DNA of 32,000 nucleotides from an uncultured Nitrosopumilaceae archaeon (GTDB lineage Archaea; Thermoproteota; Nitrososphaeria; Nitrososphaerales; Nitrosopumilaceae): NCBI GenBank assembly GCA_964475825.1, contig CAYYXT010000003.1, positions 96,570 to 128,569 of the forward strand, read 5' to 3'. Shown piece by piece: positions 24,614 to 32,000 of this stretch (position 1 is its first letter; each line of letters starts with the position of its first letter). The notes under the pieces were generated by a model. It saw only the letters and a program-made list of their open reading frames with translations, ran no database searches and was not told where the DNA came from. The position numbers and the translations under genes were made by a program.

Positions 24614-24780
24614 AATTACAGAATAAGAGCGAGAAAGCCCGCACCCTTTAGGGTTGTGATGAATCACTCAAAATGTTCAAGTACTAAGAAATAACATCAT
24701 GCTAAATTGAAATGATTCTAACATACAAGGTAAAACACAACAGTCATTTTGATGATAAGTTTAGGCTAAATTGAGAAATT

Positions 24781-25605
24781 TTGGAATCAAATCAAGGACG
24801 ATTAATTTACAAGAAAAACCTCACTGATGATTTAGCTATTTTCCAATTTGGACACATAGACAATTCACAAATTGATGATTTTAAGCCCGGGCAATTTGTT
24901 AATTTAGGTCTTAAACTGGATGAAAAAGAAATTACACACCGAGCCTACTCGATAGCATCACCCCCACATGAAAAAAACTACTACGAGTTTTACATAAAAC
25001 ATAAAGAACACCCAACCTTGGGAAAATTTACCACATCTCTCTTTAAAATGGAACTAGATGATCTAGTTTTTTTACAACCGTCAAGAGGTGCTTTTACAAT
25101 AGAAGAACAAAGACAGAATGGAACTCCAGATACAAGGCAAATGGTACTTGTTTCTTCTGGCACAGGTCTTGCTCCGTTTATGAGCTATATACTTCATTTA
25201 AAAAAGATAGGCACCAAGAACAAAATAATATTATTACATGGAGTTACTTGTACTCAAGAACTAGGATATAGAGAACTTCTTGAAAAGATATCATCAGAAA
25301 AAAACGATTTATGGAATTTCACATATGTTCCTACTGTTAGCCGTCCTAGTGACTTGTCCAAAAATTGGAGTGGCAACATTGGAAGAGTAGAAAATATTCT
25401 TTCTGGAATTGATAAACATGGTTCAAAGCTAGAACAAATTCTGGATGAACCCATAACTCCTTACAATTCAATCTTTTACCTTTGCGGATACAAGAACATG
25501 GTAGATTATGTTTCATCAATGCTATCTCCATTAGGTTTCGTAGATAATCGCCATAAACGAAAAGATGGCTCATTTGACATAAAATATGAATTGTATGGAG
25601 TCTAA
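24781..25605 (+). CDS. Ferredoxin-NADP+ reductase-type FAD/NAD(P)-binding oxidoreductase
   Basis: FAD-binding RAYSIAS motif, NAD(P)-binding SSGTGLAPF, and the C-terminal YLCGYKNM...YELYGV typical of the FNR family. TTG start. Confidence 0.8.
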   Translation: MESNQGRLIYKKNLTDDLAIFQFGHIDNSQIDDFKPGQFVNLGLKLDEKEITHRAYSIASPPHEKNYYEFYIKHKEHPTLGKFTTSLFKMELDDLVFLQPSRGAFTIEEQRQNGTPDTRQMVLVSSGTGLAPFMSYILHLKKIGTKNKIILLHGVTCTQELGYRELLEKISSEKNDLWNFTYVPTVSRPSDLSKNWSGNIGRVENILSGIDKHGSKLEQILDEPITPYNSIFYLCGYKNMVDYVSSMLSPLGFVDNRHKRKDGSFDIKYELYGV

Positions 25606-25803
25606 TTTGAAATTACAAATTCATTCTATTACATACCCACTCACAAATTCTAACTATTAAAAACTTGGAGATAGACTAAATCATTTATCTCACTCTACTT
25701 AAGGCATGTCTGAACCTATTCTATACAAAAAATACAGATAGAAACCACTTCATACACACTATCTCAAATTTGAAGTTTTAATATCAAGTAAAATTTTTAG
25801 TAT

Positions 25804-26211
25804 ATGATGTTACTTCCAATAAAAGTTGTTGTTGAAATTAACCGTGGGATTCTAACTGAATACCTTGAAAACAATCCTAATGCACTAGAACAGATTTCTG
25901 TACGTAAAGATGAATTAATCAAAATTTTAGATGATGCTGAAAAACAAAATGAATTAATTTTGCAAGCATCATATGTTATGGCAGGTATTTCATGGGCTCA
26001 ACCATTTGGTGGAGGTAATAAAAGAACTGGATATACTTGTGCAGATACATTTCTCAGAATGAATGGATATAAGATAAAAGTTGTGAGTAAAAATGACACG
26101 GATTATCTGATTAAATTACTAGTGGAGATTCAAGATGAACGAAGTATGCTCAACGAAGAAGTTTTAGCCAAAATAGTGTTATATGTTTCAAAGAGGATAG
26201 AGAAGATATGA
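25804..26211 (+). CDS. Doc/Fic-family (death-on-curing-like) protein with a degenerate catalytic motif
   Basis: QPFGGGNKRTGYTCADTFLRMNGY aligns with the Doc motif HxFxDANKRT....FL..NG, but His is replaced by Gln and Asp by Gly. Confidence 0.7.
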   Translation: MMLLPIKVVVEINRGILTEYLENNPNALEQISVRKDELIKILDDAEKQNELILQASYVMAGISWAQPFGGGNKRTGYTCADTFLRMNGYKIKVVSKNDTDYLIKLLVEIQDERSMLNEEVLAKIVLYVSKRIEKI

Positions 26212-26426
26212 AGCAAAAAGACATACTAAAGATTGCCAAAGAGAGCATCCAAGACAACCGTAAGGTATTGAATGCATTAGGTGATGAAAGACGAGTCACA
26301 ATACATCACCCAGAAGAAGACATTATAGAATTAATAAAAGAATTGATGCCCAAATCTACTGCTGGAAAAGTTGCAGTTGCTGGATTAGTAGCGTTAGTTG
26401 CATGGTATCTTTTGAAAAACAAATGA
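26208..26426 (+). CDS. Tail-anchored small protein (72 aa), translationally coupled to the Doc-like gene
   Basis: ATGA overlap with the upstream stop. Soluble helical N-terminal part and one C-terminal TM helix (KVAVAGLVALVAWYLL). Confidence 0.5.
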   Translation: MKQKDILKIAKESIQDNRKVLNALGDERRVTIHHPEEDIIELIKELMPKSTAGKVAVAGLVALVAWYLLKNK

Positions 26427-26475
26427 CTCTTTTCATCATATTATCTGAAAAGAAACAGTGTTTATACTAACTATA

Positions 26476-26724
26476 TCATTTATCTAGATCTACATAAATT
26501 CCAGATACATCGTTGTTGATTCTGTCCCAGTATTTTTCACAATCCTGTGTTTTGAAATCATTTGCTTTGCATTGTTTGAAATGAGCCGTATTCTCTCTCT
26601 GTGTGTTATCTCCAAAAAGTACATTTGAGCCTATTGCCAACGCAACAAGAGCAATTGCTGTAAGACTTGCAGCAACTAGAATCATACCATAACCTGCATG
26701 GGCATAATTGTGAGGATCTTTCAT
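26476..26724 (-). CDS. Small membrane-anchored protein (82 aa)
   Basis: One N-terminal TM helix and an extracytoplasmic tail with two Cys (KQCKANDFKTQDC). Confidence 0.45.
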   Translation of the reverse strand: MKDPHNYAHAGYGMILVAASLTAIALVALAIGSNVLFGDNTQRENTAHFKQCKANDFKTQDCEKYWDRINNDVSGIYVDLDK

Positions 26725-26843
26725 TCAACGAAAATCTAATTCTCTTGAATTTATTCTTTTCAAGAAGTAAATTGCGATCAAATCTTGGCACTATTGCCCT
26801 AATACCAGAAAAAAACAAAAGCCAGTAATCACATCTGTATTCA

Positions 26844-27344
26844 TTGAACATTCAAATTCTCCAATATGAGTTTCTAGGTCCAATCAAACTTCAAGAATGG
26901 GGACCATCAATGGAAAAAGTAGTATATTTGATAATGTCTCGTCAAAAAGACTCTTTTAACATAATTTACGCTGGTGACTGTGAACAGACTTTTGATGAGG
27001 AATTTTTCACTAACCATTCTAGTTTCAAATGTTGGACTGAAAAATCTGGCTCTGAGAAATCACTGTATCTTGCAATTCTACCTATGTTTGAATCTGGAAA
27101 CGATGAGCGAAAACAAATTTTAGATCAGATAATTGCTCGTTATCGCCCAATCTGTAATCTAGAAATCAAGTACGATGTAAAACCTGAATATAAAATACGC
27201 TCTAAATCAGATTCACAAAATACATCCACTCAAACACTCTGCCCTTGCTGTGGCTCTGACATGAAAATCGACAGAGTGCTTGAAAATACAACAATTATTC
27301 GCTGCGTTGAATGTGGTTTGAGTGATACTAAACTTAATTCTTGA
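26844..27344 (+). CDS. Hypothetical protein: degenerate GIY-YIG-like N-domain plus C-terminal zinc ribbon
   Basis: YEFLGPIKL....VVYLIMSR...IIYAGD....H..FKCW......LYLAILP.......R..I...II.RYRPICN resembles GIY-YIG-like domains of unknown function. C-terminal CPCCG-x18-CVECG. Non-ATG start. Confidence 0.5.
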   Translation: MNIQILQYEFLGPIKLQEWGPSMEKVVYLIMSRQKDSFNIIYAGDCEQTFDEEFFTNHSSFKCWTEKSGSEKSLYLAILPMFESGNDERKQILDQIIARYRPICNLEIKYDVKPEYKIRSKSDSQNTSTQTLCPCCGSDMKIDRVLENTTIIRCVECGLSDTKLNS

Positions 27345-27579
27345 TTTTATTTTGAACCTTAAATAATTCCAATGTCAGTAAATCTATTGCTTTTTTCAAA
27401 TGCTCAAATTCATTAATTGAATGAATTTGTCCTTCAACTAGTGCTCTTAACACTTTGACTGAACCTTTTTGAAATTCATCAGACGCAATTATTTCCATTG
27501 CATTGATTTTGGACAAAAGATTGTCTAATTCTTTTCTCATTTCGTCAGCTGGTGCATGTTTGTTCATAAAATATCTCAA
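27334..27579 (-). CDS. Hypothetical helical protein (77-81 aa)
   Basis: ORF with coiled-coil-like composition. The likely ATG is at 27567 (MNKHAPADEMRKEL...). Confidence 0.4.
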   Translation of the reverse strand: MRYFMNKHAPADEMRKELDNLLSKINAMEIIASDEFQKGSVKVLRALVEGQIHSINEFEHLKKAIDLLTLELFKVQNKIKN

Positions 27580-27603
27580 AAGAATTTGGTATATGAATTA
27601 TAG

Positions 27604-27756
27604 TTACATTAGATCTTCATCTATTTCTTGAATTGGATCTAGATATTGCTGACAGGTACAACTAGGAATCTTACACTTGCCCACTCTCATCAATGATTTG
27701 CTCTCCTTTGATGGGATGTGCGCTTCATTAGTGTGGTGACATCGTTTGCAGTTCAT
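27604..27756 (-). CDS. Cys/His-rich mini-protein (50 aa; MNCKRCHHTNEAHIPSKESKSLMRVGKCKIPSCTCQQYLDPIQEIDEDLM)
   Basis: Own translation, below the track cutoff. CxxCHH ... CxxxxCxC is a putative Zn site. CTTAAATAAC lies 21-30 nt upstream of the ATG. Confidence 0.4.
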   Translation of the reverse strand: MNCKRCHHTNEAHIPSKESKSLMRVGKCKIPSCTCQQYLDPIQEIDEDLM

Positions 27757-27842
27757 AGGAAAAATTTTACCACTCCGTTATTTAAGCCAGTAAACAAGTT
27801 ACAACAATTCAAACATCGCAAAAACCAACAGATTGTGATTGA

Positions 27843-28133
27843 TTATCCGTCTTTATTTGGGTATTGTGTTATTATATTTTGAACGCGTCCTATTTTTCCA
27901 TTGTCCAATTCAACTTTAATTCCATGAGGATGAAAATTACTCGAAGTAAGAATTCTCTTAACTATACCTTCAGTCAAATTTCCTGTACGTTGATCTTGTT
28001 TTTGTACTATCTGTACCATTACTCCGATTTTTATTTTATCTCGTGAAGGTGCAACACCCAATGATGTTTGGTACTGATGATAGATTCTAAATCTTTGTTT
28101 TGATAAAATTGCGGAGTTTTGAGGGTTACTCAA
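27843..28133 (-). CDS. YwbE-family protein (DUF2196)
   Basis: VQIVQKQDQRTGNLTEGIVKRILTSSNFHPHGIKVELDNGKIGRVQNI is the YwbE signature. It begins 9 nt after the upstream CxxC gene, so probably an operon. The N-terminal extension and start are uncertain. Confidence 0.7.
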   Translation of the reverse strand: MSNPQNSAILSKQRFRIYHQYQTSLGVAPSRDKIKIGVMVQIVQKQDQRTGNLTEGIVKRILTSSNFHPHGIKVELDNGKIGRVQNIITQYPNKDG

Positions 28134-28142
28134 AACAATTTA

Positions 28143-28559
28143 CTAACTTTGTCTGTGATTTTGAAAACATTCTCTGCAATAAACAGGTCTGTCGTCTTTT
28201 GGCTTGAATGGTATTTGACATTCATTTCCACAGTCACCACAGGTTGCGGTAAACATTTCTCTTGGTCTATCGTCTCTTGTCCCTCTGCCATAACTGGATC
28301 CTCTGTCATTTCTGCCATAACTCGATCCTCTATCACTAGATCCTCTACCATAACTCGATCCTCTGTCACTAGATCCTCTACCATAACTCGATCCACCGCT
28401 AAATCTAGAGCCACCACTACGTTCTTGTGGTTTATGTTTTTGAAAACATTCTCTACAATAAACAGGTCGGTCGTCTTTTGGCTTGAATGGTATTTGACAT
28501 TCATTTCCACAGTCACCACATGTTGCTTTGTACATTTCTCTTTCTCTATCGAATGGCAT
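28143..28559 (-). CDS. Tandem CxxC-x17-CxxC zinc-binding domain protein with an SYGRG/SSDRG low-complexity linker
   Basis: Two modules of TCGDCGNECQIPFKPKDDRPVYCRECFQ (exactly CxxC-x17-CxxC) flank (GSSYGRGSSDR)n. The two other open frames over this locus are repeat-induced shadows. Confidence 0.8.
   Translation of the reverse strand: MPFDREREMYKATCGDCGNECQIPFKPKDDRPVYCRECFQKHKPQERSGGSRFSGGSSYGRGSSDRGSSYGRGSSDRGSSYGRNDRGSSYGRGTRDDRPREMFTATCGDCGNECQIPFKPKDDRPVYCRECFQNHRQS
28161..28241. repeat. 81-nt direct repeat, copy 1 (encodes the C-terminal Zn module)
   Basis: 79/81 identical to 28440-28520 by manual alignment. The offset is 279 nt (93 codons). Confidence 0.85.
28287..28412. repeat. Tandem repeat with 33-nt period (units starting 28314, 28347, 28380; shorter 27-nt unit at 28287)
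   Basis: ACCATAACTCGATCCTCTGTCACTAGATCCTCT-type units encode the GSSYGRGSSDR linker on the minus strand. Confidence 0.85.
28440..28520. repeat. 81-nt direct repeat, copy 2 (encodes the N-terminal Zn module)
   Basis: See 28161-28241. Confidence 0.85.
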
Positions 28560-28705
28560 AACTTTCTAAAACTCGGTGAAATTGTGTTGTAATTAAACTA
28601 TTGTAAAATTGTTTTTTAAATCAAAATTGACGTGAATTTTGTTCTAATTTTATATTTTATGGCATTGATTTATACTCAAATAATTGTCAAAAATCATGTT
28701 AAACT

Positions 28706-29203
28706 ATGAAAGGAATAATTATGATTGGAGTTTCAGGTTCTGGCAAAACTACATGGGTTAATTCTCATAAAGAATACATTGTCTGTTCCACAGATTCCAT
28801 AATTGAACAATTGGCAGAATGCATGGGCATTTCATACACTGAGGCATTTGACTATATTCAAAATAAAAAAAAATTCGATTATATTACAACCAAATTTTTT
28901 GAAAAAATACATGGATGCATCTTAAATGACAAGGACTTTGTAATAGACAGAACCCACTTAAAACGTAATATTAGACTTTCACTAATTAATGAATTAAAGA
29001 CATTTGCAATAGAGCATGGAAAACACTTGGAATTATTTGCAGTGAGTTTTGAATTACCGAAAAACACAATATTTGAGAGATTAAAGAGCAGAGAAAAGAA
29101 AACTGGAAAATTCATACCCAAAGAGGTAATACTTGAACAAATTAATTCATTTGACATACCTACAATCGATGAGGGATTTGATGCGATAGAAAGAATTACG
29201 TAA
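28706..29203 (+). CDS. P-loop kinase (AAA_33 / polynucleotide-kinase-like ATP-binding protein)
   Basis: Walker A GVSGSGKTT at the N-terminus and the FVIDRTHLKRNIR motif, as in PNK-type kinases. 165 aa. Confidence 0.7.
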   Translation: MKGIIMIGVSGSGKTTWVNSHKEYIVCSTDSIIEQLAECMGISYTEAFDYIQNKKKFDYITTKFFEKIHGCILNDKDFVIDRTHLKRNIRLSLINELKTFAIEHGKHLELFAVSFELPKNTIFERLKSREKKTGKFIPKEVILEQINSFDIPTIDEGFDAIERIT

Positions 29204-29900
29204 TTTTTTTGTCATACATGATTTCAAATGGACTTAATTTCCAATATTCTTTCAGACTTGAATTTCAAAGTTCTAAATTCCCAGTGTTTATAATTGTAAC
29301 ATGTCGCACCGAATTAACTCATTTATAATATTGAAGAGAAAATCAAATTAATTTGGATTTTTGTTCAAGCCTTAAGTTGATATGACTTCTAGAAAATACA
29401 TGACTGTTAGTAGTGCAATAGATTTAATCCAAGAAAAATGAAATCCACCGATCTTATTTCTCAAATTAGTGCACATGATAAAGAGGATCATGATGAAATG
29501 GAAAGAAAATTCTTCAACATGAGATGAAAATTACAGAAGTGTGGAAACGGGATTTAGAAGATATTCTTGATGAATTAATTAGTGATTAAATTCTAGATTT
29601 GTTTTTCTAAAATACGAAATACAGAATCTATGGTTAATTATTCCCCGTAATAGATTCCATCATCGTCGTATTCCAACTCACCTTCGATAAAATCATCTAC
29701 GTCTAGTTTTGGTATGTTTGTCATGAATTCTATTTGTAACGTTATCGTATAATCAAATCGTATTGTTTTCTTGTAATCCTATAGTATATCAATAATCTAT
29801 ATAGACGCCTTTGAGTATTCTTTGCTATTTGATCATGTTTTCTGGTGTTTGTTTTAGTTTCATACTATGTGCTAAAAAACACATCAACTATTTGGTTTGA

Positions 29901-30932
29901 TTATGGCATTAATACGGCTCTTGCTTGAATTTGAGAATTTTTTAGTTTTTTGAGAACTTCATTTGCTTTTTCTAACGGATATGTCTCTGTAATGACTACG
30001 AGATTTTTTTCATCACATATTTTGATGACTTGTTCCATATCTTTTGTTGATCCAATCACAGTTCCACGAATTGTCTTTTCCTCAAACGCAAAAAATGTTG
30101 GATTTTTACCAACTGTTGCAATTACGATTAATCCGCCTCTCTTTACTGACTTGATTGCAACATCAGTTACTATATCTGCTGGAGCAAAAACGATTGCAGC
30201 ATCTAGCATTCCATGCCTTTTTTTTAGTTCATCTAGAAATTCTTGATTTTCAGAAAAAGTCATAGTGTCTATTGCCCCTAATCTCTTTGCAACATCAAGA
30301 TGATTTTTACTACGTGAAAATGCAATAACATCACGAGGTAGTAGGCAAAGTTGTTGAAATTGGCAGTAATGTTACCAAATTCAAAATAGGAGACAGGGCA
30401 GGGATAACACCGTTACTTGAGGCGTGTAAAGTATGTCAATATTGTAAAGAAGGAAAAGAACAACTTTGTGAATCATCAGTAATTACCGGAGAGTCACTCA
30501 AAGGAGGATATGCAGAATACATTACAGTATCAGAAGATTTTGCAACAAAAATTCCGGAAAGCATGAAATCGGAATATGCAGCACCATTGTTCTGTGCGGG
30601 AATTACAGCATACAAGGCAGTAAAAGCTGCAGAACCACAATTACACAAAAAAATTGGTATATTTGGAATTGGAGGAGTTGGTCATATGGCAGTACAGTTT
30701 GCAAAAGTAGAAGGATGTGACCTGGAACTGTAGGCAAAGTCGGTGGAATTCCAATATCTTTCCAATCTCCCTCAATTCCATGCAGTTGTGAGTGACAAAC
30801 TCCACATGCCTCAATTTTTAATAAAATCTCATCTGGTTTTTTGATTTCATGTCTGTCAATTTCAGTCAATTTTAACGGATTAGTTTCAATGGGGGCACAT
30901 TCAGATAGTACCATGGCTCGCATTTTTTTCAT
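29901..30932 (-). pseudogene. Zinc-dependent alcohol dehydrogenase (MDR family) disrupted by a precise internal inversion
   Basis: N-terminal part on the minus strand (30932..30717: MKKMRAMVLSE...EACGVCHSQLHGIEGDW...PTVPGH). Middle part only on the plus strand (30332..30721: HEVVGKVVEIGSNV...CKVCQYCKEGKEQLC...GIFGIGGVGHMAVQFAKVEGCD). C-terminal part on the minus strand (30332..29901: DVIAFSRSKNHLDVAKRLGA...ARAVLMP*). Re-inverting the middle gives a colinear 344-aa ADH. Confidence 0.8.
30332..30721 (+). other. Inverted 390-bp (130-codon) central segment of the ADH gene
   Basis: The open frame continues ADH motifs (GHE junction, structural-Zn Cys cluster, GxGxxG) but on the opposite strand from both flanks. 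The junctions share ATCAC / GTGAC microhomology. Confidence 0.8.
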
Positions 30933-31006
30933 ATTTGTCTATTTTCAGCATGAAATTTTAAGATTCATTCATTAGAAAAATAAAGATCCTAATTCCATAG
31001 CAATAC

Positions 31007-31243
31007 ATGTCTAAAGATATCACCGCTGAGGATCGTGAACGAATAACTCTACTTCACCTTGTTTCAAGATCAAAAAATGAATTCAAAAAGCTTTCAGTAG
31101 AACAATTAAGACGATTGCAAGAATTAGTAGAGAAAAAAGATTACAGCCATGACAAAAAAGCCCATAAATCAAAAGTTAAATTATTAGCCAAAATCAATGT
31201 CAGAATTTATGAGCTAGAAGAAGGCAAAGGAATATTTTACTAA
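31007..31243 (+). CDS. Hypothetical helical protein (78 aa)
   Basis: ATG ORF, Lys/Glu-rich and coiled-coil-like. No motif. Confidence 0.4.
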   Translation: MSKDITAEDRERITLLHLVSRSKNEFKKLSVEQLRRLQELVEKKDYSHDKKAHKSKVKLLAKINVRIYELEEGKGIFY

Positions 31244-31287
31244 TTTATGCCAATTAGGTACAAATACCAATAGGGATGTGATTCACT

Positions 31288-32000
31288 GTGGCAGAAAATA
31301 GTTTGATAAATGAAACCAGTCCATACTTACTTCAACATGCACATAATCCTGTTCATTGGTATGCTTGGAATGACGAATCTCTCAAAAAGGCAAAAAATGA
31401 AAACAAGCCAATCTTTCTTAGTGTGGGGTACAGCGCTTGTCATTGGTGTCATGTCATGGCACACGAGTCATTTGAAAATGAGGAAGTTGCAAAATTCATG
31501 AATGAACATTTTGTAAACATCAAAGTTGACAGAGAAGAACGACCTGACATTGATGATATTTATCAAAAAGTTTGCCAGATAGCAACAGGGCAGGGTGGAT
31601 GGCCTTTGAGTATTTTTCTAACTCCTGATCAAAAACCATTCTATGTTGGAACTTATTTTCCTGTTTTGGATTCGTATGGTCGTCCTGGTTTTGGAAGTAT
31701 TACTAGACAATTAGCACAAGCTTGGAAAGAAAAGCCAAAAGATATTGAAAAATCATCTGATAATTTTCTTGAGACATTACAAAAAGCAGAGACTGTAAAA
31801 GTTCCATCAAAACTAGAAAGAACTATTCTTGATGAGGCAGCTATGAATTTATTTCAACTTGGTGATCCCTCATATGGTGGATTTGGTTCTGCACCAAAAT
31901 TTCCAAATGCTGCCAATGTGTCATTCTTGTTTAGATATGCAAAACTTACTGGGCTTTCAAAATTTAATGAATTTGCGCTTAAAACTCTAAATAAAATGGC
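31288..32000 (+). CDS. Thioredoxin-domain protein, DUF255/YyaL family (N-terminal part; continues beyond window)
   Basis: Own translation from GTG 31288: [89 protein letters not shown]... This is the canonical DUF255 N-terminus. Track ORF 31310..31501 is out of frame within it. Confidence 0.85.
   Translation, partial: MAENSLINETSPYLLQHAHNPVHWYAWNDESLKKAKNENKPIFLSVGYSACHWCHVMAHESFENEEVAKFMNEHFVNIKVDREERPDIDDIYQKVCQIATGQGGWPLSIFLTPDQKPFYVGTYFPVLDSYGRPGFGSITRQLAQAWKEKPKDIEKSSDNFLETLQKAETVKVPSKLERTILDEAAMNLFQLGDPSYGGFGSAPKFPNAANVSFLFRYAKLTGLSKFNEFALKTLNKM

Noticed and set aside
24650-24780. Possible C/D-box sRNA (GTGATGA at about 24655, TTGATGA at about 24750) and a 10-nt direct repeat GCTAAATTGA
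   Set aside because: No CUGA D or D' box lies at the required spacing on either strand. The repeats are short enough to be chance in AT-rich DNA.
28287-28412. Tandem repeats considered as a possible CRISPR or minisatellite
   Set aside because: The units are contiguous with no spacers, have a 33-nt period, are in frame and encode the linker of the CxxC protein. This is not a CRISPR array.
28119-28592. Track ORFs 28119..28592 (+) and 28130..28519 (-) overlapping the CxxC gene
   Set aside because: All three frames are open because of the tandem and direct repeats. Only the 28143..28559 (-) frame yields recognisable Zn-binding modules.
29288-29299. TTATAATTGTAA, a one-mismatch operator-like site far from the island
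   Set aside because: The mismatch hits a half-site (TTACA changed to TTATA), unlike the two accepted variants that change only the centre. It may still be functional, so it is mentioned under the micro-ORF finding, but it is not counted as part of the regulon.
29638-29724. 28-codon acidic ORF on the minus strand (MTNIPKLDVDDFIEGELEYDDDGIYYGE)
   Set aside because: It is too short, with no motif, promoter evidence or partner. It cannot be distinguished from a chance ORF.
30436-30648. Track ORF (70 aa, - strand) inside the ADH locus
   Set aside because: It is antisense to the inverted ADH segment, whose plus-strand frame carries the real ADH motifs.
31310-31501. Track ORF (63 aa, + strand)
   Set aside because: It is out of frame within the DUF255/thioredoxin-domain gene that starts at GTG 31288.

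Overview
AT-rich archaeal chromosomal window. It is most likely from a Nitrosopumilus-like ammonia-oxidising thaumarchaeon; this is an inference from archaeal Pth2, TruD/Pus7, a geranylgeranyl reductase, an Lrp-HTH+TRASH regulator and TATA-type short-leader promoters. Layout: (i) 1-5.7 kb holds housekeeping and stress genes: GGR-family reductase, ATP-cone/endonuclease-like protein, USP, APC permease, Hsp20 and Pcm. (ii) 6.1-18.1 kb is a copper/thiol island. It contains a Cu(I) P1B-ATPase CopA, an Lrp+TRASH regulator, two DsbA-like oxidoreductases, a rhodanese, a Met-rich secreted protein, beta-propeller surface proteins and Cys-rich membrane proteins. It also holds four metal-binding mini-ORFs under 60 aa that the ORF track misses; two of them are masked by antisense decoy ORFs. 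Nearly every promoter in this island carries the 12-bp palindrome TTACAATTGTAA (6 perfect copies and 2 centre-variant copies), which I propose is the operator of a previously undescribed regulon. (iii) 18.1-18.9 kb is a decayed non-coding stretch with a dense ATTCA/TGAAT motif array and a USP pseudogene. (iv) 18.9-25.6 kb is housekeeping: CBS protein, Pth2, Vgb-like propeller, TruD, a small Lrp/RAM protein, membrane proteins and an FNR-type reductase. (v) 25.8-29.9 kb is an accessory cluster: a Doc/Fic-like protein with a degenerate active site, small Zn-binding proteins, YwbE, an internally duplicated CxxC-x17-CxxC protein and a P-loop kinase. (vi) 29.9-30.9 kb is a Zn-alcohol dehydrogenase whose central 390 bp is precisely inverted. 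(vii) A DUF255/thioredoxin-domain gene runs off the 3' edge. I found no rRNA, tRNA, CRISPR array, transposase or integrase.
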